Shown piece after piece: positions 49,983 through 59,620 of a DNA stretch of 64,000 bases. The notes under the pieces were generated by a model. The model was given only the letters and a program-made list of their open reading frames with translations, made no database searches and was not told the DNA's origin. Numbering within the stretch: the stretch's first letter is position 1; every line of letters starts with the position of its first letter. This DNA comes from Candidatus Poribacteria bacterium (GTDB lineage Bacteria > Poribacteria > WGA-4E > WGA-3G): NCBI GenBank assembly GCA_965215265.1, contig OZ244048.1, positions 400,917 to 464,916 of the forward strand. Reading direction: 5' to 3'. The position numbers were made by a program, and so were the translations under genes.

Positions 49983-51566
49983 CTACAGAAAAATCTGCTT
50001 CACAAAATCAATCTGCTTTTGCGACGCGAGCGCTTGCAAAGCACTCCGCGGCACAGGACTATCCACATTTATCAACGTCACAGCCAATTCACCCATCCGC
50101 GAACGCCCCACAGTCATATCCGAGATGTTGATGCCGTGATCACCCAAAATTGTACCGATTAAGCCGATCATCCCCGGCTGATCGCGATTATAAATCAGAA
50201 TCATATCACTATCCGGCTTCGCATTCATGTGAATTTGGTTAATCCGAACAATCCGAATATCCTGCCGCCCAAAAACGCTACCTTCAATCACTGCCTCACC
50301 TTTATCTGTCATAATCGTGATAGCGATAGAGTTCGCGAAATCCGATTCCGAATCACTCCGAGTCTCCTTAACAGGAATACCGCGCTGCTTCATCAGGAAG
50401 GGCGCGTTCACATAGTTTACGTTGCTTAACACAGCCATGAGCAGCCCTTTTTGCAAAGCAACAGTTATCGGCATCACATCTTCCTTCCGAAACAGAGCAC
50501 CACTGTAATCAATCTGAATCGCGGAGATTTGGCCCTCTACAATTTGTGCGTGGAAACTCCCAATTTTTTCAGCCAATGTCAGATAGGGACCTAAAATATC
50601 AAACGTTCTTGAGTCAATTTGCGGTTGATTAACCGCATGAGCAACCGGTTGCCCCCGGAGCGCGTTAATCGCTTGTTGTGCTACCTCTATTGAAACGTGG
50701 TCCTGTGCCTCTGTTGTTGAAGCTCCCAAATGCGGACTAACTAAGACGTTATCCAAACTCAGCAACGGAGAAGCAGTTGCCGGCTCATTCTCAAACACAT
50801 CCAGCGCAGCACCCGCCAATTCCCCTTTTCTCAGCGCATCGTACAGCGCATCTTCGTCAATAATACCACCACGCGCACAGTTAATCAAACGACACGTCGA
50901 CTTCATCAGATTAAACTCTGAGACACCTATGCTATGATACGTCTCAGCATTCAGATGTGTATGAATGGAAATATAATCCGACTCCTCAAACAACGTCTCA
51001 CGGCCCACAAGCTGGACACCCATTTTCTCTGCAGCCCCTATCGAAATATACGGGTCATGCGCGATAACCTTCATCCCAAACGCTTGAACACGTTTCGTGA
51101 CTTCGCAGCCGATACGCCCTAAACCCACACTCCCCAAAACCTTCCCGTATAATTCAACACCCATGAACTCATCCCGTTTCCATCTCTTATTTTTCAGAGA
51201 GATACCCGCCGGAACAAGGTTACGGGCCAACCCTAATAACAGCGCAATCGTATGCTCCGCCGCTGCAATCGTATTACCCAGCGGCGTATTAACGACCAGG
51301 ATGCCCTGCCGCGTCGCAGCAGCTACATCAATGTTATCTACCCCAACGCCAGCACGCCCTATCACCTTCAAACGGGACGCCGCATCGATAACCTCTGCTG
51401 TCACCTTCGTCGCACTCCGAATCAGCAACGCGTCATATTCACAAATACATGCAAGCAAGTCCTCGCGCGACAAGTCTAGCGCGACATCTACCTCAAATTC
51501 ACCGCTCTCATGTAAAACGTCCAATCCGCGCTGTGACAGCAAATCGCTGACCAGCACCTTGTTCAT
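49983..51566 (-). CDS. serA: D-3-phosphoglycerate dehydrogenase (long form with ASB and ACT domains)
   Basis: VIGRAGVGVDNIDV, the NAD-binding GLGRIGCEV, and the catalytic region. 527 aa. Confidence 0.85.
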   Translation of the reverse strand: MNKVLVSDLLSQRGLDVLHESGEFEVDVALDLSREDLLACICEYDALLIRSATKVTAEVIDAASRLKVIGRAGVGVDNIDVAAATRQGILVVNTPLGNTIAAAEHTIALLLGLARNLVPAGISLKNKRWKRDEFMGVELYGKVLGSVGLGRIGCEVTKRVQAFGMKVIAHDPYISIGAAEKMGVQLVGRETLFEESDYISIHTHLNAETYHSIGVSEFNLMKSTCRLINCARGGIIDEDALYDALRKGELAGAALDVFENEPATASPLLSLDNVLVSPHLGASTTEAQDHVSIEVAQQAINALRGQPVAHAVNQPQIDSRTFDILGPYLTLAEKIGSFHAQIVEGQISAIQIDYSGALFRKEDVMPITVALQKGLLMAVLSNVNYVNAPFLMKQRGIPVKETRSDSESDFANSIAITIMTDKGEAVIEGSVFGRQDIRIVRINQIHMNAKPDSDMILIYNRDQPGMIGLIGTILGDHGINISDMTVGRSRMGELAVTLINVDSPVPRSALQALASQKQIDFVKQIFL

Positions 51567-51796
51567 AGCACAACATTACCTTCCTTTAAAGCATTTTATC
51601 AGCAGGATATTTGTAGAACAACTTACACAACACTTTAAATTATAGCATACACACTCCACCAGAGTCAACAACATTTTAAAACAATTAAACTTACAAATAT
51701 TTAAATTGACTATTTTTCTTATACATGATACTATAATGTACAATATCACCGTGCAGCACACTATTGCACGAAATACCTTATTACGGAGGAAAAAAC

Positions 51797-51991
51797 ATGG
51801 GAGTCCCTGGTCCCTGGGAATTATTGATTTTGTTAGGCATTATCCTACTTATCTTCGGCGGTAAACGACTGCCTGAACTCGCACGCGGACTCGGCAAAAG
51901 TATCACCAACTTTAAGGCAGGCCTCAACGACGAAGAAACCATCGATGAGACAACAACCGAACCACCAAAAACTGAGAACCAGAAAAAATGA
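51797..51991 (+). CDS. tatA: twin-arginine translocase subunit TatA/E
   Basis: MGVPGPWELLILLGIILLIFGGKRLPELARGLGKSI; start preceded by GGAGG. Confidence 0.85.
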   Translation: MGVPGPWELLILLGIILLIFGGKRLPELARGLGKSITNFKAGLNDEETIDETTTEPPKTENQKK

Positions 51992-52311
51992 AAGACAAAT
52001 TACCCGATTTCCTTCTGAACGTCATTGACGAATACCCAGAAGTTTGGAACGCATATCAGACGCTAGGAGAAACCTGCAGCAATGCAGGACCTCTTGACAC
52101 CAAAACGACAAGACTTGTTAAACTCGGCATTGCTATCGGAACCAAATCTGAAGGCGCAGTCCACTCACACACCCGCAGAGCACTACGAGAAGGAATCGCA
52201 CCCGAGGAATTGCAGCAAGTCGCACTCCTAGCAGTGACATCCATCGGCTGGTCCGCCAGCATGGCCGCACTCTCATGGATACAAGATGTCATTCATCAAC
52301 AAGACGCTTGA
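51988..52311 (+). CDS. carboxymuconolactone decarboxylase (AhpD-like) family protein
   Basis: 107 aa with AVHSHTRRAL...GIAPEELQQVALL, characteristic of CMD/AhpD proteins. Confidence 0.65.
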   Translation: MKDKLPDFLLNVIDEYPEVWNAYQTLGETCSNAGPLDTKTTRLVKLGIAIGTKSEGAVHSHTRRALREGIAPEELQQVALLAVTSIGWSASMAALSWIQDVIHQQDA

Positions 52312-52333
52312 ACCCACAGAACGGAGTTCCATC

Positions 52334-53554
52334 ATGAAAACGCATCTGGTAGCATCCTTAATATTCGCCGGCACCTGCTGGCTTATCCCATCGAGCACGG
52401 TAAGCCAAAACGAACCACAATTAAAACAAGGCATCGCCTACGTCAAATTACGACTTTATCCACAGGCAATTGAAGCCTTCAAATCGATTTTAGCACAACA
52501 ACCTACCCAGGCCGATGCACTTTTCCAACTCGGCAATGTCTATATATTGCACAACCAATTGGAATTAGCAATTCAGACGTTTGACAAAATCCTGACGTTT
52601 GACAAAACTGAGACACAACCTAACCTCTCGCCTATCGGAAAAGGTTTAGCCCACCTCGCACTAGCAGAAACTTATTGCAAAATCGGTGAATTGGAGACAG
52701 CAGCACAGCACACAAAGGCAGCTATTCACTACCATCCAACACATCCTGATAGCTACTACCGCCTCGGCTATATCTATACACATCAAGCACTGTTTGACGC
52801 AGCCATCACCCAATTCAAACAGGCACTCGCACTCAAACCCGATTTTCCTGAAGCTTACGAATGGCTCGGATTAATCGCACTCATGCAAGATAAACCCCAG
52901 CAAGCAGTGCAATATTACCAGAACGCCATTCGCAAAAATCCTTACGTTCAGAGCACCTACTATAATCTCGCCAAAGCATATCGCCTACTCGGAGATATGA
53001 ACGCCGCAGCCCAACAACTTAAGCAGTTTGAACTTATGAAAACCTATTATGACAAAAGTTATGCTATTGAACTCGCACTCGACCGGCAACCAATGAATAC
53101 CGCCCTACGCATGAAATTGGCAGAAATTCATTTAGCATATAAAAATACAGACGCCGCAATTCACACATACCAAACCTTGCAACAGCTAAACCCTGAATTT
53201 GTAGAAGGATATGACAAACTGGCCAGACTCTACATGAATCTCAACAAACCACAACAGGCAATTCCACTCTTCCAAAAGGTACTGGAATTAAACCCGTACG
53301 CACTTGAAGCACACGTCCGATTAGGATGGCTCTACACTTTCCTCCGAAAATTTGAAAAAGCCGAAAACCATCTCAAAACCGCTATAGATAAGAGACCACA
53401 ACTCACATTAGCATACCACGGACTAGCCGAAATTTATCTCGCACAGCAGAAAAACGAAAAAGCGATACAAGTCTACCGCCAGATCATCCAAATCAATCCA
53501 GAAGACAAAGACGCTTCCAAAGCATTGCAACAGTTGCATAATAAAAAACCGTGA
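52334..53554 (+). CDS. secreted TPR-repeat protein
   Basis: Signal peptide (MKTHLVASLIFAGTCWL) plus roughly ten TPR units. Confidence 0.8.
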   Translation: MKTHLVASLIFAGTCWLIPSSTVSQNEPQLKQGIAYVKLRLYPQAIEAFKSILAQQPTQADALFQLGNVYILHNQLELAIQTFDKILTFDKTETQPNLSPIGKGLAHLALAETYCKIGELETAAQHTKAAIHYHPTHPDSYYRLGYIYTHQALFDAAITQFKQALALKPDFPEAYEWLGLIALMQDKPQQAVQYYQNAIRKNPYVQSTYYNLAKAYRLLGDMNAAAQQLKQFELMKTYYDKSYAIELALDRQPMNTALRMKLAEIHLAYKNTDAAIHTYQTLQQLNPEFVEGYDKLARLYMNLNKPQQAIPLFQKVLELNPYALEAHVRLGWLYTFLRKFEKAENHLKTAIDKRPQLTLAYHGLAEIYLAQQKNEKAIQVYRQIIQINPEDKDASKALQQLHNKKP

Positions 53555-53563
53555 TGTGATCTG

Positions 53564-55300
53564 ATGTACAAATACGCCTATATACTTTTCACACTTACCA
53601 TCTTAAACACCAATAGTCCTCTTATAGCGGACACAATTACACCGCTAACCCCTGTTTTCCTTGATGTCACTGCCGCTGCTGGCGTGACGTTTAAGCACAC
53701 CGACGGCAGCAGCACACAAACTCAATTCAAACGCAGACTCTTCAATGAATTTCTCGGCTCCGGCGGCGGGTTCTTTGATTATGATAACGACGGAGACCTT
53801 GACATCTATCTCGTCAATGGCGCAATTCAAATCGATCAAACTCAACTTCACAATAAATCTCAACACTCACAAATAACAAACGTCCTCTACCAGAATAACG
53901 GCGATGGAACCTTCACCGATGTTACAAAAATAGCAGGCGTCGGAAGCACAGCCTACGGCACCGGATGTACCGTCGGCGATTACGATAACGATGGCGACTT
54001 GGATCTTTACGTGACTAACTTCGGCACTGATCAACTTTACAAAAATAACGGAAACGGAACCTTTACAGATGTAACAATACACGCACAAGTTGCCAACACC
54101 GGCTGGGGAACTAGCTGCGCCTTCAGCGATATCGATCGAGACGGGTTCCTCGACCTCTACATCGCGAATTATGCAATATACCAACCGCAAGACGATAAAC
54201 GATGTGACGAACATGGAATCCATGTCTACTGCGGACCGCATGCATACCCCGCCGCACCCGACACACTCTATCACAACAACGCTGATGGCTCTTTTACCGA
54301 CGACTCCACACAACGCATGCCGCCCGAGCTCATACCTATGCACGGATTAGGCGTAACATTTGGAGACTACGACGCCGACGGAGACGTTGATATCTACGTC
54401 GCTAATGACCAAGACCCAAATTTTCTATTTCAAAACCGCGGCGACGGATTTTTTAAAGAGGTTGCACTAATTACCGGAGTATGTTATAATGACATGGGAA
54501 AAGAAGAAGCCGGAATGGGAACCGATTTCGGAGACTACGACAACGACGGATTGCTAGATCTTACCGTCAGCAATTACCAAACCGAAACCAATACCGTCTA
54601 TCATAATCATGACGGCACCTTCTTTACCGACAACACCATACCCACAGGTATCGCACAAGTTACCCACGCATACCTCGGATGGGGCATCCGGTTCCTTGAT
54701 TATGACAACGACGGCCATCAGGACATCTTTGTCGCTAATGGGCATTTGATGGATAACATTCAATTGCTTGAAAAACACGTAAACTACCCACAGAGAAATC
54801 TGCTATTCCGAAACCTCGGCAACGGCACTTTTGCTAACGTCACCCCAATAGAACACGCTACTCCCTCCAAACGAGACGGACTAGCACTAAAAAAAGTCAG
54901 CCGCGGAGCAGCCATCGGCGATTATGACAACGACGGAGATCTCGATATACTCGTCACAAATTGCAATCAACGCCCAGATCTACTTCAAAACCAGATCGGC
55001 AACCAGAACAATTGGATACAAATTCAACTCATCGGAAAAAACAGCAATCGAAGTGGAATTGGTGCCAGAATTAAAGTCGTGACAGAAACACATACACAGT
55101 ACCAGCACGTACAGAGCAGCGGTAGCTACCTCTCCTTCCACGACCTACGTGCACATTTCGGCATTGGAAAAGCTCAACAAATTAAACAACTCGAAATTCA
55201 ATGGCCCAGCGGCCATATCGACCACGCACAACGACTCCCTATCAATCAGATTCTTTTGGCAGTTGAAACGGAAGCAATCGCTCCCGTAAAACCACAATAG
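53564..55300 (+). CDS. FG-GAP repeat / ASPIC-UnbV (CRTAC1-like) protein
   Basis: Repeated DYDNDGDLDLYV FG-GAP calcium-binding motifs, and a C-terminal UnbV_ASPIC-like region (IGARIKVVTETHTQYQHV..SSGSYLS). Confidence 0.8.
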   Translation: MYKYAYILFTLTILNTNSPLIADTITPLTPVFLDVTAAAGVTFKHTDGSSTQTQFKRRLFNEFLGSGGGFFDYDNDGDLDIYLVNGAIQIDQTQLHNKSQHSQITNVLYQNNGDGTFTDVTKIAGVGSTAYGTGCTVGDYDNDGDLDLYVTNFGTDQLYKNNGNGTFTDVTIHAQVANTGWGTSCAFSDIDRDGFLDLYIANYAIYQPQDDKRCDEHGIHVYCGPHAYPAAPDTLYHNNADGSFTDDSTQRMPPELIPMHGLGVTFGDYDADGDVDIYVANDQDPNFLFQNRGDGFFKEVALITGVCYNDMGKEEAGMGTDFGDYDNDGLLDLTVSNYQTETNTVYHNHDGTFFTDNTIPTGIAQVTHAYLGWGIRFLDYDNDGHQDIFVANGHLMDNIQLLEKHVNYPQRNLLFRNLGNGTFANVTPIEHATPSKRDGLALKKVSRGAAIGDYDNDGDLDILVTNCNQRPDLLQNQIGNQNNWIQIQLIGKNSNRSGIGARIKVVTETHTQYQHVQSSGSYLSFHDLRAHFGIGKAQQIKQLEIQWPSGHIDHAQRLPINQILLAVETEAIAPVKPQ

Positions 55301-55351
55301 GTAAGACACATGTCTTACCAAATTCACGTAAGAAGATAACATGGAGGTATA

Positions 55352-56125
55352 ATGAAAACCCTATCTATTACGCTACTAACTTTTGTGTGTCTTGTTTCCT
55401 TCACATACGCACAAAATGAACCAGATGACTCTCTCATTCTCTATTTCTCATTTGACGAGCTCGATGGCAAAAATACCATAGACCACTCAAATTACGAGAA
55501 CCATGGGGAAATCGTCGGAGCTCCAAAACTGGTTAGGGGAAAATTCGGAACGGCATTGCAATTCAACGGCACAAGCGACTGGATCGAGGTCCCGCACGAC
55601 GAAATCCTCACCGTCGATGAAAGTGTCACCGTGATGGCATGGATTAATACCGAACGCCATCAGGGACCCGGCGGGCAGCGGTGGCAAGGAATCGTTGCTA
55701 AAGGTAACAACCCACGCTCCTATAGTTTTTACACCGAATCTCCGAGTGAATGTTTGCACCTCAGTGTCGGAGGAGGCGGTAGTGTCTGCAACGGAAAAGT
55801 TAAACTTGAGGAATGGCAACATGTCGTCGCCCAAGTCGATGATGGCACACACCGCTATTGGCTAAACGGAGAAAACGTCGGCGAATTCGACGGGAAACCA
55901 CCCCCACCCGGTAAAGCCGATACCGCCTCCGTCTTCATCGGAAAAACACATGAAGGAAGCCGAGAATTCCTCGGACTTATTGATGAAGTCCGTATCTGGA
56001 ACCGCGCACTTGATGAAGACGAAGTCATTCAGCAAATGGAATGGGGATATCTTGAGATTTCCGCCGTCGATCCGCGACAGAAATTGGCAACCACCTGGGG
56101 AAACCTCAAAACTTCTAAACGGTAA
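55352..56125 (+). CDS. secreted LamG-like (Laminin_G_3) domain protein, paralog 3
   Basis: RBS GGAGG. LILYFSFDE, EEWQHVVAQVDDGTHRYWLNG, LIDEVRIWNRALDEDEV, and C-terminal KLATTWGNLK. Confidence 0.7.
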   Translation: MKTLSITLLTFVCLVSFTYAQNEPDDSLILYFSFDELDGKNTIDHSNYENHGEIVGAPKLVRGKFGTALQFNGTSDWIEVPHDEILTVDESVTVMAWINTERHQGPGGQRWQGIVAKGNNPRSYSFYTESPSECLHLSVGGGGSVCNGKVKLEEWQHVVAQVDDGTHRYWLNGENVGEFDGKPPPPGKADTASVFIGKTHEGSREFLGLIDEVRIWNRALDEDEVIQQMEWGYLEISAVDPRQKLATTWGNLKTSKR

Positions 56126-56328
56126 ACTTAGCGTGCATCACGCTCTCTCGCAATTTAACGCAAATCCTTCTAAGCTAGGCGTGCATATCAAAACCGCGCC
56201 TAGCCATAAAACTTATGCACCCAGAACGCATCTACAAACTACACACCGTCAAAACGAAATTCGCAACGTGATCGAATTAACATGAGGCCGCAGGAAACGC
56301 CCTCAAAAAAAGGAGAAACCCATACATA

Positions 56329-56730
56329 ATGAACGGAAAATTTATCGCCTCCGCAAATGTTGAACGTGACAACCTCGATTGGGGAACAATCGGATGGCTC
56401 AGCCGCCCCGAATCCACCGACGCTAAAGACATCGTCGCAATGGAAGTCACCCTCTCCCCAGGATATGGACACGACTTTCATAAGCACCCAGAACAAGAAG
56501 AAGTTATCTACGTCATTGAAGGCAGTGTCGAACAGTGGTTACAGGACAAGAAGCAGACGCTAAAAGCAGGAGACTCTGTTTTCATACCCGCAGATATTGT
56601 ACACGCCTCCTTTAACGTCTCAAATCAACCAGCAAAACTCTTTGTCACCCTCAGCCCATGTAAGGGTGCTGAGGGGTACCAACTCATCGATGTCTTTGAC
56701 CAGCCACCGTGGAATACACTCCGCGATTAA
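56329..56730 (+). CDS. cupin-domain protein
   Basis: HKHPEQEEVIYVIEGS...GDSVFIPADIVHA, a two-His cupin motif. 133 aa. Confidence 0.7.
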   Translation: MNGKFIASANVERDNLDWGTIGWLSRPESTDAKDIVAMEVTLSPGYGHDFHKHPEQEEVIYVIEGSVEQWLQDKKQTLKAGDSVFIPADIVHASFNVSNQPAKLFVTLSPCKGAEGYQLIDVFDQPPWNTLRD

Positions 56731-56778
56731 GAAGACCTTTGCTAATTCTTTCTACTGTCAAACTGTCAAACTGTCAAT

Positions 56779-57726
56779 ATGGAAACACCTTTGACAAAAA
56801 CCTCATCACCACAAGAGCAGGCACCTGCACAAAACGCGACGACACCTTCTCTTCGCCAGCGGATGCGCCAATTTTACGAAACATCGCAAGCCTACAAAGC
56901 GCTCCTTGACGCACACGACGAGGTATACCACCAACACTACGTTGAATTGGTAACAAAGGCACTACCGCCTTTGGACGCAAAAAACGCCAAACGTCAAAAC
57001 GCCTCACTCACTCAGGATGCCACCGACTCTATAGAAAAGCAACCGCAACCAGCACGCAAAATACTTGACCTCGGTTGTGGAAACGGTATCTCTGCACGCC
57101 TAATTCATCAAGCAGGCCACGACGTTACCGGCACCGACATTTCGCCACTCTTCTTAGAAGATGCACGCAAATGGGAGAACCCGCACCTACGTTATCAGGT
57201 ATGCGATGCCCACCAACTACCCTTTGAAGCAGAAACCTTTGATGTCGTCTGCTCAAACGAACTCATTGAACACCTCCCAGATGTTGAAACGGCACTCGCT
57301 CAAATGATCCGCGTCGTCAGAAAAGGAGGACGGATTGTACTCTCCGGACCCAATCTCTCCTCACCCTTAACGCCCCTCCTCGATTGTCTCAGACTCCTCG
57401 TTCGAAAACAAGGCAGACGTGTATGGGCAGAAACCAAAACGCAAGCACTACAACAGTTAGCCAAAAACTCGCACCTCTATTTCAAAAAACAATTTTCAAA
57501 ACAACCACCTCAATTTATCTACCGAAACCCTGATTTACAGACTGATGCCATGGGCGGGGACGCAGATAGCGCATATTACACAAGTCCTATAGACCTCGTG
57601 CAATTTTTCCGACTGAACGGATGCACCATCGTCAAAAAGTGCGTCGGATTCGGTCTCAAAGGCAGCATCATCGCAAAAACAGTACCATACCTCAGCCCTT
57701 ACATCAGCATGGTTGTAGAAAAATGA
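56779..57726 (+). CDS. class I SAM-dependent methyltransferase (Methyltransf_11-like)
   Basis: ILDLGCGNGIS motif I, and DVVCSNELIEHLPD. Confidence 0.7.
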   Translation: METPLTKTSSPQEQAPAQNATTPSLRQRMRQFYETSQAYKALLDAHDEVYHQHYVELVTKALPPLDAKNAKRQNASLTQDATDSIEKQPQPARKILDLGCGNGISARLIHQAGHDVTGTDISPLFLEDARKWENPHLRYQVCDAHQLPFEAETFDVVCSNELIEHLPDVETALAQMIRVVRKGGRIVLSGPNLSSPLTPLLDCLRLLVRKQGRRVWAETKTQALQQLAKNSHLYFKKQFSKQPPQFIYRNPDLQTDAMGGDADSAYYTSPIDLVQFFRLNGCTIVKKCVGFGLKGSIIAKTVPYLSPYISMVVEK

Positions 57727-58544
57727 ACATTCACCGCAGAGATTTTGTCCTAGAAATCGGCAGCGGGCACAATCCCAAGCCCAGAGCCGATGTTTTATGC
57801 GATAAATTCATAGATGATGACCGACAACGCGGCGGACATATCGTCGCAGACCGCCCACTCGTTGAAGCTGACGGGCAGCACCTCCCTTTCGCAGACAGCG
57901 CATTTGACTACGTTATCTGTTCACACGTCCTAGAGCATATCGAAGATCCGGTCCTACTCATCCACGAATTGATGCGGGTTGCTAAACGCGGATATATTGA
58001 AACACCCTCTGAAATCGCAGAACGGATTTACGGATGGCCCTATCACCACTGGCTAATCAACCGCATCGGCACAAAACTGGTCTTACAAAAAAAGAGACAT
58101 ACTTCGCAATTTGGACAGCTCTTCCACACCCTCGTCGCACACGATAAGCAATGGAAACGCTTCCATCTCACGCATCATCACCTTTTCCTTGTACAACACG
58201 AATGGGATGGCAACATTGAATATGAGATAATCCAAAACGGAAAGTCACCGATGAACTTAGATTGTCACAAGACAGTTGAAAGCCTCATCGCAAAAGCAGA
58301 ACCAAACCTGAACTTATGGATGCCTATTCTCAAAAATGCTATACCCGCCGGGGTCGTTTCAAAAGCAAAATCGTTTCTGGCAAAACGATACAAACGCCGA
58401 CAAACAAAAACCTTAACAGAAATTCTTGTATGCCCACAGTGCAAAACTACTCTTAACTGGGCAGAAGGCACACTCCACTGCAAAGCCTGCACCCAGCAAT
58501 ATCCAATTATCAACGGAATACCCCGCCTGACTTTGGCGGTTTGA
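57723..58544 (+). CDS. class I SAM-dependent methyltransferase with C-terminal Trm112-like zinc ribbon
   Basis: LEIGSGHNP, YVICSHVLEHIEDP, and C-terminal CPQCKTTL...CKACTQQYPIINGIP. ATGA overlap with the upstream MTase. Confidence 0.65.
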   Translation: MNIHRRDFVLEIGSGHNPKPRADVLCDKFIDDDRQRGGHIVADRPLVEADGQHLPFADSAFDYVICSHVLEHIEDPVLLIHELMRVAKRGYIETPSEIAERIYGWPYHHWLINRIGTKLVLQKKRHTSQFGQLFHTLVAHDKQWKRFHLTHHHLFLVQHEWDGNIEYEIIQNGKSPMNLDCHKTVESLIAKAEPNLNLWMPILKNAIPAGVVSKAKSFLAKRYKRRQTKTLTEILVCPQCKTTLNWAEGTLHCKACTQQYPIINGIPRLTLAV

Positions 58545-58652
58545 AACAACATAACACCCTTAGCCCTTAGAAGAAATAAAAACCGAATGCAAACAAGAAT
58601 GGCACAATTTACGATAAGAATACCGATTAACCTTATAAGGAATAAAAACCGA

Positions 58653-59615
58653 ATGCAAACAGATACCAATAACATAGAAGAACGAAATATCGTTATTATT
58701 GGAGGAGGCACTGCAGGTTTTGCCGCAGGTATCTATACCTCACGCGCTATGCTCGAACCTGTTCTTATTACAGGCGACGCACTCGGCGGGCAACTCTCCT
58801 TAACACTCGACCTTGAGAATTACCCCGGTTTCTTCGGAAACGAAGCCGCCGCATTCATTCAAGGCATGCAACAGCAAGCAGAACGCTTCGGCACAGCAGT
58901 CAAATTTGATACTGTCAACCACGTCGATTTCTCTAAACAACCTTTCACCGTCACAACATACGATACAACATATCATGCAAAATCCGTGATTATCTGTACC
59001 GGCGCATCACCCCGCACACTTGACATCCCCGGTGAAGTAGAATACGGCGGACGCGGTGTCTCCTACTGTGCTACCTGTGACGGCTTCTTTTTCCAAAACC
59101 AGCGGCTCATCGTTGTCGGCGGCGGGGATGCCGCACTCGAAGAAGGCATTTTCTTAACCAAATATGCCGCCGAAGTCTACATCGTCCACCGACGAGACCA
59201 GCTCCGCGCTAGCAAAATCATGCAGGAGCGCGCCTTCAAAAATGATAAAATCAAATTTATATGGGACACCATCGTTGAAGAAATTTGCGGCGATAACGAA
59301 AAAGTAACCACTGCAAAACTCAAAAACGTCAAATCCCAGAAAACCGAACTTTTTCCTATTGATGGCGTATTTATCTTTATCGGGCATATTCCAAACACGC
59401 AACTCTTTAAGAATCTTATTCACATGGATGAACAAGACTATATCATTGTAGATAACCGGCAGCGCACAAATGTAGACGGTGTATTCGCCGCCGGCGATGT
59501 ACATGACCATCTCTTCCGACAAGCTATTACTGCCGCAGGTGCCGGGGCCGCCGCTGCCATCTCCGCTGAAAAATTTATCGCAGAACTCGATAACCGCGCA
59601 TACCCAGGAAACTAA
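58653..59615 (+). CDS. trxB: thioredoxin-disulfide reductase
   Basis: FAD motif IIGGGTAGFAAGIY, redox-active CATCDG, and the NADPH site VVGGGDAALEEG. Confidence 0.85.
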   Translation: MQTDTNNIEERNIVIIGGGTAGFAAGIYTSRAMLEPVLITGDALGGQLSLTLDLENYPGFFGNEAAAFIQGMQQQAERFGTAVKFDTVNHVDFSKQPFTVTTYDTTYHAKSVIICTGASPRTLDIPGEVEYGGRGVSYCATCDGFFFQNQRLIVVGGGDAALEEGIFLTKYAAEVYIVHRRDQLRASKIMQERAFKNDKIKFIWDTIVEEICGDNEKVTTAKLKNVKSQKTELFPIDGVFIFIGHIPNTQLFKNLIHMDEQDYIIVDNRQRTNVDGVFAAGDVHDHLFRQAITAAGAGAAAAISAEKFIAELDNRAYPGN

Positions 59616-59620
59616 TAAAA

